DNA from: an uncultured delta proteobacterium
Lineage (GTDB): Bacteria; Desulfobacterota; Binatia; Binatales; Binataceae
Length of the DNA: 64,000 bases
NCBI GenBank assembly: GCA_963794325.1
Contig: CAWCDG010000007.1
Location: 96,001-160,000, forward strand
Direction of reading: 5' to 3'
The position numbers were made by a program, and so were the translations under genes. This document shows, piece by piece, positions 1-8,631 of the stretch. The stretch's first letter is position 1. Every line of letters begins with the position of its first letter. The notes beneath the pieces are model-generated. The model was not told the DNA's origin and ran no database searches. It was given only the letters and a program-made list of their open reading frames with translations.

Positions 1-1
1 C

Positions 2-109
2 ACGCCGCCACCTTCACCCGCCTTTGCGATTGTTAGCATCGCGATTGGTCTCGGCGTTCCACTCGCGACCGCGATCACTTTGTCTCGCCGTCAGGCCGAT
101 CTCAGTTGA
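2..109 (+). CDS. 3' end of a membrane protein, probable tandem paralog of 128..538 (truncated by window edge)
   Basis: Frame 2 reads TPPPSPAFAIVSIAIGLGVPLATAITLSRRQADLS*. This resembles the C-terminus of the next ORF (FVAIGVSSGAAWLLYRRKADLR*). Confidence 0.6.
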   Translation, partial: TPPPSPAFAIVSIAIGLGVPLATAITLSRRQADLS

Positions 110-127
110 CGGAGCGGATTATCCGCC

Positions 128-538
128 ATGGCTGAGAAATCACGGGGCGCGACACTGACGATTCTCGCGATGCTGCTCGCGCTGATGGTGATCTCCAATT
201 TCCACAAGCCCTTCGCACATCATCCCGGCGAAGGCTTCGTATTCTTTGGCACGCGTCTATCCGGCACGCCCAACATGATCGTCGCGCCGATCTTCGCTCT
301 CATTCTCGCCGTGTACGTGTACGGAATCCTCGCGATGCGCAAGTTTGCGCTGCCGCTCGGAATTTTTTACGCCGCGTATGTGATCCTCAACATGCTCCTG
401 TTCGTGCTGAAATATCACGGCACACCGGTGACACAGGAACATTCGTGGGCCTACCTGATCCCCTACCCGTTCGTCGCGATCGGCGTATCATCCGGCGCAG
501 CCTGGCTGCTCTACCGCCGCAAAGCCGATTTGCGCTGA
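128..538 (+). CDS. Hypothetical integral membrane protein (about 4 TM helices)
   Basis: 136-aa ORF with four hydrophobic stretches. Confidence 0.8.
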   Translation: MAEKSRGATLTILAMLLALMVISNFHKPFAHHPGEGFVFFGTRLSGTPNMIVAPIFALILAVYVYGILAMRKFALPLGIFYAAYVILNMLLFVLKYHGTPVTQEHSWAYLIPYPFVAIGVSSGAAWLLYRRKADLR

Positions 539-548
539 AGCCCTTCGA

Positions 549-583
549 TTGACTACACATCGCTTGTCAAGTAATCCTTGACA
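549..583 (+). promoter_or_regulatory. Sigma70-like promoter overlapped by a 7-5-7 inverted-repeat operator
   Basis: TTGACT (549-554), 17 bp spacer, TAATCC (572-577). Perfect inverted repeat TGTCAAG-taatc-CTTGACA at 565-583. Confidence 0.55.
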
Positions 584-601
584 CGAGGTTTCAGTCGATT
601 T

Positions 602-949
602 ATGGTCAAAGGCAAGATGCTCTATTGCTCGTTCTGCCGAAAAAGTGACGAGCAGCTCAAGAAACTCATCGCAGGGCCCGCCGTCTTTATCTGCGACGAT
701 TGCGTGGAACTGTGCAACCACATCATCGTTGGCAAACCGATCCCGTCGTTCCCCGGATTGGATTCGCTCAGCACCGACGATCTCCTGAAGACCCTGGTGC
801 CGGCCGCCGACCTGCTGCGCAAAGCCGAAGATGTCCTTCGTCAGCACGTCGCGACTCTGCGCAAGCGCGAGGTGACCTGGACGCGAATCGGCGAAGTCCT
901 CGGTGTGAGCCGGCAGGCGGCCTGGGAGCGATTCTCGCAAGAGGAATAG
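602..949 (+). CDS. ClpX-type C4 zinc-finger protein with C-terminal helix-turn-helix
   Basis: YCSFCRKS...[17 protein letters not shown] is the ClpX zinc-binding domain. The C-terminal [20 protein letters not shown] is HTH-like. No AAA+ domain. Start ATG 602 follows GAGG. Confidence 0.85.
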   Translation: MVKGKMLYCSFCRKSDEQLKKLIAGPAVFICDDCVELCNHIIVGKPIPSFPGLDSLSTDDLLKTLVPAADLLRKAEDVLRQHVATLRKREVTWTRIGEVLGVSRQAAWERFSQEE

Positions 950-1040
950 CGGCTCGTTCCTGCGCGACGTGACTGCGCTGCGGGCATAGAGTCTGGCCGC
1001 GCCTTGGCGGTAGAATCCGCAGTAGCTGCGAGGTGCTCAG

Positions 1041-2282
1041 ATGAAACGATCGCACGATGGATCGATCTTTGGACGACGCGAGTTCCTGAAACGTGGCGTG
1101 CTGGCCGGCGTGGGCGTATCGATCCTGCCGCTGGCCGGTGCCGCGAACGCATCACTCGAAGCTGCTCCGCAGGTCCGCCGATACGCGACGCTCGGCCGCA
1201 CCGGTCTCAAGATTTCCGATATCTCATTCGGCGGCAGCCGCCTTACTTCCGGCGAGGAAGATCTCGTTCGTCACGCGTTCGACTGCGGCGTCAATTACTT
1301 TGATTCGGCCGACACCTACACCGAAGGCGAATCTGAAACGACGATCGGGAACGCGCTCAAGGGCAAGCGCGATAAGGTCTATCTGACCTCGAAGCAGATG
1401 GCGCAGGCCGACGACAAGCGCGACGCGATGATGCAGACGCTCGAGGGCAGCCTGCGCCGCCTCCAGACCGATCACGTCGACGTGTACTTCAACCATGCGG
1501 TCAACGATCCGGCGCGACTCAAGAATCCCGAGTGGCACGAATTCACCGCGCAAGCTCGCAAGCAGGGAAAGATTCGCTTCGTCGGGATGTCGGGTCATGC
1601 CGGCAATCTCGCCGAGTGCCTCGACTATGCGATCGACAGCGGTCAGGTCGACGTGATCCTGTGCGCGCACAATTTCGGACAGGACCCGCGCTTCTTCCAG
1701 CGCTTCACCCGTGGCTTCGATTTCGTCGCGCGACAGCCCGAGCTACCGCGCATCATGGAAAAAGCCAAACAGCACGGGGTCGGCGTGGTGGTTATGAAAA
1801 CCTTAATGGGCGCGCGTTTGAACGATATGCGCCCGTACGAATCCGGCGGCGCAACCTTCTCCCAGGCGGCGTTTCGATGGGTATTGTCGAATCACAACGT
1901 GGACGCGCTGATCGTCACGATGACGAGCCAACCGATGATCGACGAATACCTGGGCGCGTCGGGAGCGCGCACGACCGCCGCGAGTGACTTGCCGCTGTTG
2001 AATCGCTACGCGACGCTCAACGGCGATTCGCAATGCCGCCCGGCGTGCAACGAATGCGCGAATGCATGTCCGTTCGGAGTGCCGATCGCCGACGTGATGC
2101 GCACGCGGATGTATGCTCGCGACTACGGCGACATGCGTTTTGCACGCGCCGAATACGCGATGCTCTCATCGAATGCCGCGGCGTGCCTCACTTGCGATGC
2201 GAAGCCGTGCGCCGGAGCATGTCCTCACGGAATCGCGACCGACGTGCTGCTCGCGCCGACGCATCGTATGCTCGCGACGTAA
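1041..2282 (+). CDS. Aldo/keto reductase with twin-arginine signal and C-terminal 4Fe-4S domain
   Basis: GRREFLK Tat motif; LGRTGLKIS, NYFDSADTY and SLRRLQTDHVD AKR motifs; CRPACNECANACP and CLTC...CAGACP ferredoxin motifs. Confidence 0.9.
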   Translation: MKRSHDGSIFGRREFLKRGVLAGVGVSILPLAGAANASLEAAPQVRRYATLGRTGLKISDISFGGSRLTSGEEDLVRHAFDCGVNYFDSADTYTEGESETTIGNALKGKRDKVYLTSKQMAQADDKRDAMMQTLEGSLRRLQTDHVDVYFNHAVNDPARLKNPEWHEFTAQARKQGKIRFVGMSGHAGNLAECLDYAIDSGQVDVILCAHNFGQDPRFFQRFTRGFDFVARQPELPRIMEKAKQHGVGVVVMKTLMGARLNDMRPYESGGATFSQAAFRWVLSNHNVDALIVTMTSQPMIDEYLGASGARTTAASDLPLLNRYATLNGDSQCRPACNECANACPFGVPIADVMRTRMYARDYGDMRFARAEYAMLSSNAAACLTCDAKPCAGACPHGIATDVLLAPTHRMLAT

Positions 2283-2308
2283 TCGTTTGGTATTTGTCCT
2301 GGTCTTTA

Positions 2309-2433
2309 GTGGGGCGGGCCGCCGTGCCGCCCTCTTCTCAAGGTTGCGGCCACACCCAGAGAAACTCTCATTCGTCGGTAGACGTGGGCGCGGACGCCCG
2401 CGCGTCGATGGCGGGCACGGCGGCCCGCCCCAC
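2309..2433. repeat. Inverted pair of REP-like palindromes (family 1) between convergent genes
   Basis: GTGGGGCGGGCCGCCGTGCC at 2309-2328 and its reverse complement at 2414-2433. 2406-2433 recurs identically at 41787-41814. Confidence 0.85.
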
Positions 2434-2498
2434 AATAAAAGGCCCGAAGCCCACTCCTGGTGGCGGTGAGCTGAGCGCTACGGCTCTCGACTGCGTAA

Positions 2499-3398
2499 TC
2501 AGAACGGAATCCGCGCGCTCAGAATCACCGCGTTGTGGTAACTCGGATGTCGAGTTACCGCGACCTGGTAGCCTGCGCCAATCGTCACTCCGACGCGTTC
2601 GTGGATTGGGATGCGTCCGATGAGCAATCCGGGCGTGAGGAACAACTGGCTCTGGCCGGTTCGTTCGCCCTTCGAAAACCAGGTGTAGTTGGTTTCAAAT
2701 TCCGGCCAGAAATATTTGCAGATTCGATACTGGAAGGCGGTATTCCAGGCGAGCGGCCATCCCAGACGATCCTCGCCGCCGTTGGAAAATGTGACGCCGA
2801 CCGTAGTCTGGACGTCGAAGTCGCCGAATCCCTTGCCGCCCGCGATGGTAGGTGTAAAGAGCGCGTGCCCCGCGCTGTTTCCGTTGATGCCAGTCGGCGC
2901 GCTGAAACCCATGAAGGCGGTCAGGATGTAATTTCCGTTTTTCTCGTTCGCGGACAGTAGCCGATATTTGACCAGAAACGTCTCGTCGGCCCATCCGTCG
3001 GTAGGAACTTCTTTTGTTGGCGTCGAATGCAGGATGTGGCCGTTATGCGCGATCCAGGCCGGCACCCCCAGTATGACTTCAGTGTTTTGAAACGGGATCA
3101 GTTCCAGTCCCTTGCCGGCGCCAAAGTTGTCGGTCGCAACACCGTGGGGATTCGCCTGCCACAGTTGATCGTAGCGGACTTCCTCTTCCAGTCGCGGAGT
3201 AACCGTCACCAACGGAGTTATCCAGTGCGGCTGCTCGCTCTGGATTTGCGTGACTCGCGGAAACCAGTTTGTAAAGTAGGCCACGATGTCGGATCCAAAG
3301 TCCGCGCGGCACGGCGTCGCCGTAGCGAACACGACTGCGAGTACGACTGTGGTACAAATCGAGCCGAACAGGATTGAGGAAGCGCAGCCGATTTTCAT
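2499..3398 (-). CDS. Putative outer-membrane beta-barrel channel
   Basis: Signal peptide ending in PCRA, alternating amphipathic beta-strands, C-terminal Phe (ILSARIPF). Confidence 0.7.
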   Translation of the reverse strand: MKIGCASSILFGSICTTVVLAVVFATATPCRADFGSDIVAYFTNWFPRVTQIQSEQPHWITPLVTVTPRLEEEVRYDQLWQANPHGVATDNFGAGKGLELIPFQNTEVILGVPAWIAHNGHILHSTPTKEVPTDGWADETFLVKYRLLSANEKNGNYILTAFMGFSAPTGINGNSAGHALFTPTIAGGKGFGDFDVQTTVGVTFSNGGEDRLGWPLAWNTAFQYRICKYFWPEFETNYTWFSKGERTGQSQLFLTPGLLIGRIPIHERVGVTIGAGYQVAVTRHPSYHNAVILSARIPF

Positions 3399-3430
3399 AA
3401 TAGCGACCGGTATGCCATCTTAAGAGCGGG

Positions 3431-4561
3431 ATGACAAGTATTATAGCATCGATCGGCAAGGCTCTTCTAAGCGCGCGCACCGCGCGGGACCTGACCCAGA
3501 CCGAGCTGGCCCGTCGCGCGGGCATCTCGCGGCAGGCGCTGGGTGCGATCGAGTCCGGCGCATACCATCCCGGCGTCGTAATCGCGATCCGCCTCGCGCG
3601 CGAGCTTGGCACGACAGTGGAAGCGCTGTTCGGCGAGATCGACGACCAGTCTTCCACCCTCGTCGAGGCGAGTTGGTCCGGCGATCGTGGTCGCGCCGCC
3701 GCCGCCCAATCGCGCGTAACGCTCGCGCGCGTGCGTGGAAAAGTGGTTGCCGTGGGGCAACCTGCGGCGCATCTGATGCTCTCGCCGGCGGCTGGATTGC
3801 TGCAGCGGGCGCGGCGCAATCGCGCGGACGTCGCGACGTTTCAAACGCCTGACGAAATCGACTCGACGCTGTTGATGTCGGGATGCGACCCGGCCGCCGC
3901 GATCCTGGTCGACTGGCTTGCGCGGCGGCGCTCGCCGGTTCGCGCGGTGGCGATCCCATGTTCGAGCCGCGAAGCTCTGCGCGCATTGGTCGAAGGCCGG
4001 GCGCACGTGGCGGGCGTGCATCTTCGGGATCAAAAGAGCGGCGACTACAACCTGGCATCAATCCGCCGCGCATTGGGCCGTCGGCGTTCGGTCGTTGTGA
4101 ACTTTGCGCGATGGGAATTGGGCATTGCTACGGCAGTCGGCAATCCGCTCGCAATCCGCGGCTTCGCCGACCTTGGACGGCCGGGCTTGAGAATCGTGAA
4201 TCGCGAAGAGGGTTCCGGCGCGCGCCTGGTTCTCGACCAGGCACTCGGCGAGCTTGGTATCGATCGCGAGCGCGTCTGTGGCTATCAGTTCGAAGCCGGC
4301 GGCCATCTGGAAGTCGCGGCCGCGATCGCCGGGGGCCTGGCGGATGCCGGCGTCACTATCAGGCTGGGCGCCGACGCCTACGGGCTGCACTTTCTTCCAC
4401 ATCAGGATGAACGCTACGACCTGGTGTTTATGGAGCAGGATAGTGACTCGACGCCGATCAAGGTGATGCTCGACAGTCTCAACTCGCGGCGTTTCGCGCG
4501 CGAAATCAGCCAGCTATGCGCCTATGACACCGCGCAAATGGGACAGGTTGTCACCGCTTGA
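3431..4561 (+). CDS. XRE-type HTH regulator with PBP-superfamily (molybdate-binding-like) domain
   Basis: N-terminal LTQTELARRAGISRQALGAIESG HTH. C-terminal HVAGVHL, VNREEGSGAR and ERYDLV motifs are typical of PBP_like domains found on MoeA fusions. Confidence 0.85.
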   Translation: MTSIIASIGKALLSARTARDLTQTELARRAGISRQALGAIESGAYHPGVVIAIRLARELGTTVEALFGEIDDQSSTLVEASWSGDRGRAAAAQSRVTLARVRGKVVAVGQPAAHLMLSPAAGLLQRARRNRADVATFQTPDEIDSTLLMSGCDPAAAILVDWLARRRSPVRAVAIPCSSREALRALVEGRAHVAGVHLRDQKSGDYNLASIRRALGRRRSVVVNFARWELGIATAVGNPLAIRGFADLGRPGLRIVNREEGSGARLVLDQALGELGIDRERVCGYQFEAGGHLEVAAAIAGGLADAGVTIRLGADAYGLHFLPHQDERYDLVFMEQDSDSTPIKVMLDSLNSRRFAREISQLCAYDTAQMGQVVTA

Positions 4562-4656
4562 ACTGCACGCCCGCATCCGAGAGCCGTCTGCACTGCCCTT
4601 CCGCCCTGTGAATTTTCGCTAATCCGCGACCCCTCACAGCGTAAGAATTCGCGCGT

Positions 4657-4685
4657 TCGTAACAATCGTCTCATCATGTCGTAAC
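4657..4685 (+). promoter_or_regulatory. Putative Pho-box-like tandem repeat upstream of the porin
   Basis: GTAAC (4659), CTCAT (4670) and GTAAC (4681) at exact 11-bp periodicity, like PhoB half-sites GT(C/A)A(T/C). Confidence 0.4.
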
Positions 4686-4818
4686 GACGCCTCTTTAGTT
4701 TGCCGGTGCCGCGGAGGGAGGACGCTGATTTCGTGCATTGCACAGCGTCTTGGGACGGTTTCGCCGAATACGCGGGCGAGAGATTTCGCATCGTCGAAAG
4801 GAGAGTCCAGGGAGGACC

Positions 4819-6465
4819 ATGATGAGACGAACGATACGAATGGTTGCGCTGTCGATGCTTGGCGCGGCGCTGATGCTCAGCGCCGTCGCGATGACGCCAA
4901 AGCCGGTGTGGAGCGAGGATGTGCGGGCCATCACACTGTACACCGATCCCGCCAGCGGTCAGGTGTACACCAAGCGATGCAAACATTGCGTCAGGATGGG
5001 CGAGTACATCCCGGCTGGATCGACCGAAGAGATCGAGCGCAAGGTCGAGCGGCGAGTAAGCGTGCAGACCCAGGCGCAACTCGATCAGGAACGCGCCGCG
5101 ATGGAGGCGGAGCAAGCGCAAAGGGCGGCTCAGCAGCAGCAGTGGAACGCCGAGATGGCCAAGCAGGTCTCGACGATTCAGCCGTTCGCGCAGGAATTCG
5201 GCGATCGCTGGTACAAGAAGATCTCCGTCGGCACTCTGATATACGGCGACTACGGCTTCTTCAGTCACACCGGATTTGGCCCGCAATTCCTGACTCAGCA
5301 GAACTGGCCCGGTCCCGGCAACAACAGTTTCAGCGCGTTCAATATCACGCGCGCCTATCTGGATTTCAAATTCAGCCCTGTGGACGACATTTCGGCACGC
5401 GTGACACCCAACATATACGCGCAATATGGAACGGCCTCGGGCGATAAGGTTGGACTGAACTCCGGTTATGCGAGCTCAATCGACGGCAACCTTACCTTTC
5501 GATTGAAGTACGCGTATCTCGACTACAACACGTTCTTCAAGAAGGTATTAAAGGTCGCTGCGATGAGCGACGACAAATTCACTTTCGGCCAGGAGCAGAA
5601 TCCGCTGGTCGATTGGGAAGAAAACCTCTGGGGCTTCCGCTATACCGCCCTGACCCCCTGGAACTATCTGAGCTTGAGCTCGTCGCAGGTCGGCGTCTCG
5701 ATAAAGGGTCCAATCAAATTTAATGAGACACAGTATGCCGACTATGATGTCGGCGTCTTTGACGACGCCAGCTTCCACGCCAACGAACGGAGTGCATATA
5801 AGCAGGTGATGGGTCGTGTGACGGTAAACCCGTTCGGAGCCCATTCACGATACGACGGCCTTGGCCTCACCGGCTTCTATGACTACGGATACTCGCAAAA
5901 CTGCACGCCGGATTTGAACAGCTCCAACGCCTCGTGCGGACATGTCGCGCGCGCAGCCGGGATTGCCCACTACACCGCCGAGACCTGGGGCATCATCGCG
6001 GAGTGGGACTACGGGCACAACGCTTTTAGTCCGGGCAATTTATACTCGGGAAGCGGACCAGCCGACGGAACCGGCACTGGTGCCGTAACCCCGTTCGGCC
6101 CCTGGAACAAGATGGTCGGAAATATCTTGAGCAACGATCAGGCCATTCAGATGGGCGGGGACTTGATGGGCCACTATGATATCCCGCATACCCCGTTCAC
6201 CCTGTTCGGCCTGCTGCAGTGGTTCCAACCCAACACGCGCGTCAACAAGGACCCACTGGACTTCACCCGCTATGACTTGGGCGTGCAATGGCTTATCAAC
6301 AAGTATCTCCGGGTAGCGTTCGACTCTCAGGCTATCCAGTACTACCACAGCCAGTTCACGTTCCCGGCATCGCATGTTCCGGGACATGGGTATACGGCGG
6401 CAACGCCATTTGCGGTGGCCCGTGATACGCATGCATTCTTTCTGAACCTTGAATTCAGGTACTAA
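4819..6465 (+). CDS. Putative porin (OprO/OprP-like architecture) with N-terminal coiled coil
   Basis: GGAGG RBS at 4811, signal peptide, Q/E/A-rich coiled segment, barrel strands (RAYLDFKF, RLKYAYLDY), terminal NLEFRY. Confidence 0.75.
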   Translation: MMRRTIRMVALSMLGAALMLSAVAMTPKPVWSEDVRAITLYTDPASGQVYTKRCKHCVRMGEYIPAGSTEEIERKVERRVSVQTQAQLDQERAAMEAEQAQRAAQQQQWNAEMAKQVSTIQPFAQEFGDRWYKKISVGTLIYGDYGFFSHTGFGPQFLTQQNWPGPGNNSFSAFNITRAYLDFKFSPVDDISARVTPNIYAQYGTASGDKVGLNSGYASSIDGNLTFRLKYAYLDYNTFFKKVLKVAAMSDDKFTFGQEQNPLVDWEENLWGFRYTALTPWNYLSLSSSQVGVSIKGPIKFNETQYADYDVGVFDDASFHANERSAYKQVMGRVTVNPFGAHSRYDGLGLTGFYDYGYSQNCTPDLNSSNASCGHVARAAGIAHYTAETWGIIAEWDYGHNAFSPGNLYSGSGPADGTGTGAVTPFGPWNKMVGNILSNDQAIQMGGDLMGHYDIPHTPFTLFGLLQWFQPNTRVNKDPLDFTRYDLGVQWLINKYLRVAFDSQAIQYYHSQFTFPASHVPGHGYTAATPFAVARDTHAFFLNLEFRY

Positions 6466-6912
6466 TTGTCCCAGGAGCCGGCGCGAGCATACAAAATGCT
6501 CGCGCCGGCTCGCCTTTGAGAGCGAGACGCCCAATTTGATCGGAAGCGTACCGACGATAGCGATGGTCTGCGTATAGTTGACGATTGCGTTTCGCCGCTC
6601 CGCCCAAGCGACCAGTTACGCGTTGCTGCAGATCGGCATCGCGCGTTTTGTCTGTTTTGTCGAAGTGAAGGCCACGTCGTTCTGCCTCCCTTATACAGAG
6701 TCTCGCCATCGGAAGTTTTCGTTTCCAAGTAAGTTCCATGGCGCATCAAGTTGCGTGCGGATTAAAGGCAAACGGCGGACTATTTTGGCTGGCGGGTATT
6801 TGGTCACGCGGCCGCAACCCTATCAGGCTGGTTACCCCTGCGTTACCCGAAGGAATTCAGGGTAACACCGATCACCCGTTAAATCCGATCCTCATTCTGC
6901 CCGTGCGTTGTT

Positions 6913-6988
<76 letters not shown>

Positions 6989-7020
6989 ACCGTCGAAGAA
7001 TGTTTACGTAGCAGGATGTT

Positions 7021-7097
7021 TGGGGTGAGTGAAGGGATTTGAACCCTCGACCGCCGGAGCCACAATCCGATGCTCTGCCAACTGAGCTACACTCACC
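7021..7097 (-). tRNA. tRNA-His(GTG)
   Basis: Cloverleaf with anticodon arm TCGGA-TT-GTG-GC-TCCGG, G-1 present, CCA encoded. Confidence 0.97.
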
Positions 7098-7156
7098 ATC
7101 TCTATCATTCAATCCCATCCAGCGCCTCGTGGCGGGGATTCTGAAATAAGCCTCCG

Positions 7157-7233
<77 letters not shown>

Positions 7234-7236
7234 GTA

Positions 7237-7310
7237 TCGGGGCGAGCCGATTTGAACGGCCGACCCCCTGCTCCCAAGGCAGGTGCGCTACCAAGCTGCG
7301 CTACGCCCCG
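7237..7310 (-). tRNA. tRNA-Pro(TGG), CCA not encoded
   Basis: CGGGGCGTAGCGCAG...CCTGC-CT-TGG-GA-GCAGG...GTTCAAATC...GCCCCGA. Only 3 nt separate it from tRNA-Arg. Confidence 0.96.
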
Positions 7311-7685
7311 AGCCTTTAGGAAGTAACATACGCACCATCGCCTCTCAACCAACGATGCTCCGAGCAGCAATTTTTTGTTCGTCGATACGTTCGCACAGTG
7401 AGTCCTGGTGATTGCGATCGTTGTGAATAAATCATCTCGTCGATTCCGATCGCGACTGTATCGATGCATGATGCGGGAGCATCCATGCAGTCCGCTCGCT
7501 GCAATCCCGAAGATGCACCGCGCCCATTCTGAGCATTTTGAGATCGCATCCAGCGTACCCATCGCAACTTGCAAAACTCGTGATTTTCCCTGAAAAGTGG
7601 CCGAAATTGAGACTTTCAAAGATACGGCGTCGCAGAAAGAGAAAAAAATTTGCTGCCCCAAGTAGATTTCGTCTCGATTTTTTTC

Positions 7686-7701
7686 AGGCACAAGCTTTGC
7701 T
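7686..7701 (+). promoter_or_regulatory. Sigma54 (-24/-12) promoter
   Basis: AGGCACAAGCTTTGCT: GG(7687-88)-N10-GC(7699-7700). Matches TGGCACRNNNTTGCW except at the first base. AT-rich tract upstream. Confidence 0.7.
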
Positions 7702-7711
7702 CTACAAATGG

Positions 7712-7834
7712 TTGCGCTGACAATCTCCTCCCCCGAGACCCAGCGCCTGTCCCCAAGCAAAGGCCGGGCTACTTGATCCGTCGGCTCCCCAACCGCGGTC
7801 CCCACTAGTAGCCCGGCCGTTCTCTTTCTTTTTT
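7712..7834 (+). ncRNA. Candidate small RNA with C-rich (UCCCC) loops
   Basis: Starts ~12 nt after the sigma54 -12 box. Hairpin GCGCTG/CAGCGC with inner TCTC-CTCCCCC-GAGA; second stem GGCCGGGCTACT/AGTAGCCCGGCC enclosing a CTCCCCAA loop; then a T-rich tract. No credible ORF. Confidence 0.6.
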
Positions 7835-7843
7835 CAGTTTTTT
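7762..7843 (+). terminator. Intrinsic-terminator-like stem plus U-tract
   Basis: 12-bp perfect stem (7762-7773/7807-7818) followed by GTTCTCTTTCTTTTTTCAGTTTTTT. Confidence 0.55.
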
Positions 7844-7913
7844 CAAAAAAATTGACCGCGAGGCCCAGCCTGCCGATTTCTGCTAGGCTTACCCGAAGCC
7901 GGATGCGGTCCGG

Positions 7914-8606
7914 CTGGGGGAATTTATCACTCGCCTCAGGCAACGAACGCATATTTGCGCGTCGATCGTCGCGATATCAGCGGCGGCGATCGCAGTTGGG
8001 CTCAGTGGATGCTGGCTCGGAGCTGCTCAACTCGCGCCTCTCGCCGCCAGTGCGGCCGAGCAGGTCGGCGGCGGTGCGCTGGAGTTGGCTGCCGGGGTTG
8101 GCGCATCGACGCATGGCGACGCTGCGCGCGCAAAGCAGGCAGAAGCCGCGCGCGCGACTGCGATGAATAGCGGCGACGCCTGCAATCAGCTGGAAGTCGA
8201 AGTTCCCGACGTGATCGAGCTGCGCAGGAGCGCCAGCGGATCGCCCGAATATCGCGAGTTGCAAATCAGCGATTCGATCGACCAGCCGCAATGGGCGGCG
8301 ATAACCGACAGCGACACTACCAGCGATGGATGGCGGCCGGCGGTTAATTTTCTTCAGATGAATTTCACGCCGCCGCTCGGCGCGGTCGTACCCGAATCGG
8401 CCAGCAGCTTCCTGGCATACGCGCCCTCCAAAGTCATCACCGCGGCCGACGGCGATCGGCTAACCGCAATGACTTCGAATTTCGGCAAACCGATCGGAAC
8501 CTTCACCTGGAACGGAAACTTCTATCACTACGTTGTGACCAGCTCGCTGCCATGCTTTCCGCCGCCGCCCGAGCGCATCGCTCAGGACGCTCCCACCGCT
8601 CGGTGA
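7914..8606 (+). CDS. Putative lipoprotein (start codon uncertain, non-canonical)
   Basis: The frame of ORF 8085..8606 stays open back to TAG 7884 and encodes RLRQRTHICASIVAISAAAIAVGLSG-C (lipobox Cys at 8010). No ATG/GTG/TTG lies upstream of the lipobox; CTG 7914 or ATT 7953 are candidates. Confidence 0.6.
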   Translation: MGEFITRLRQRTHICASIVAISAAAIAVGLSGCWLGAAQLAPLAASAAEQVGGGALELAAGVGASTHGDAARAKQAEAARATAMNSGDACNQLEVEVPDVIELRRSASGSPEYRELQISDSIDQPQWAAITDSDTTSDGWRPAVNFLQMNFTPPLGAVVPESASSFLAYAPSKVITAADGDRLTAMTSNFGKPIGTFTWNGNFYHYVVTSSLPCFPPPPERIAQDAPTAR

Positions 8607-8631
8607 TTCTGCATATCGGTGGCGAGCAACG

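Noticed and set aside
578-949. clpX gene
   Set aside because: Only the zinc-finger domain is present; no AAA+ module and no adjacent clpP.
6455-6912. Integrative element or integrase remnant at the 3' end of tRNA-Lys
   Set aside because: No integrase motifs in the short ORFs, and I found no duplicated tRNA 3' end in the window. Only a GTTACCC/GGGTAAC hairpin is visible.
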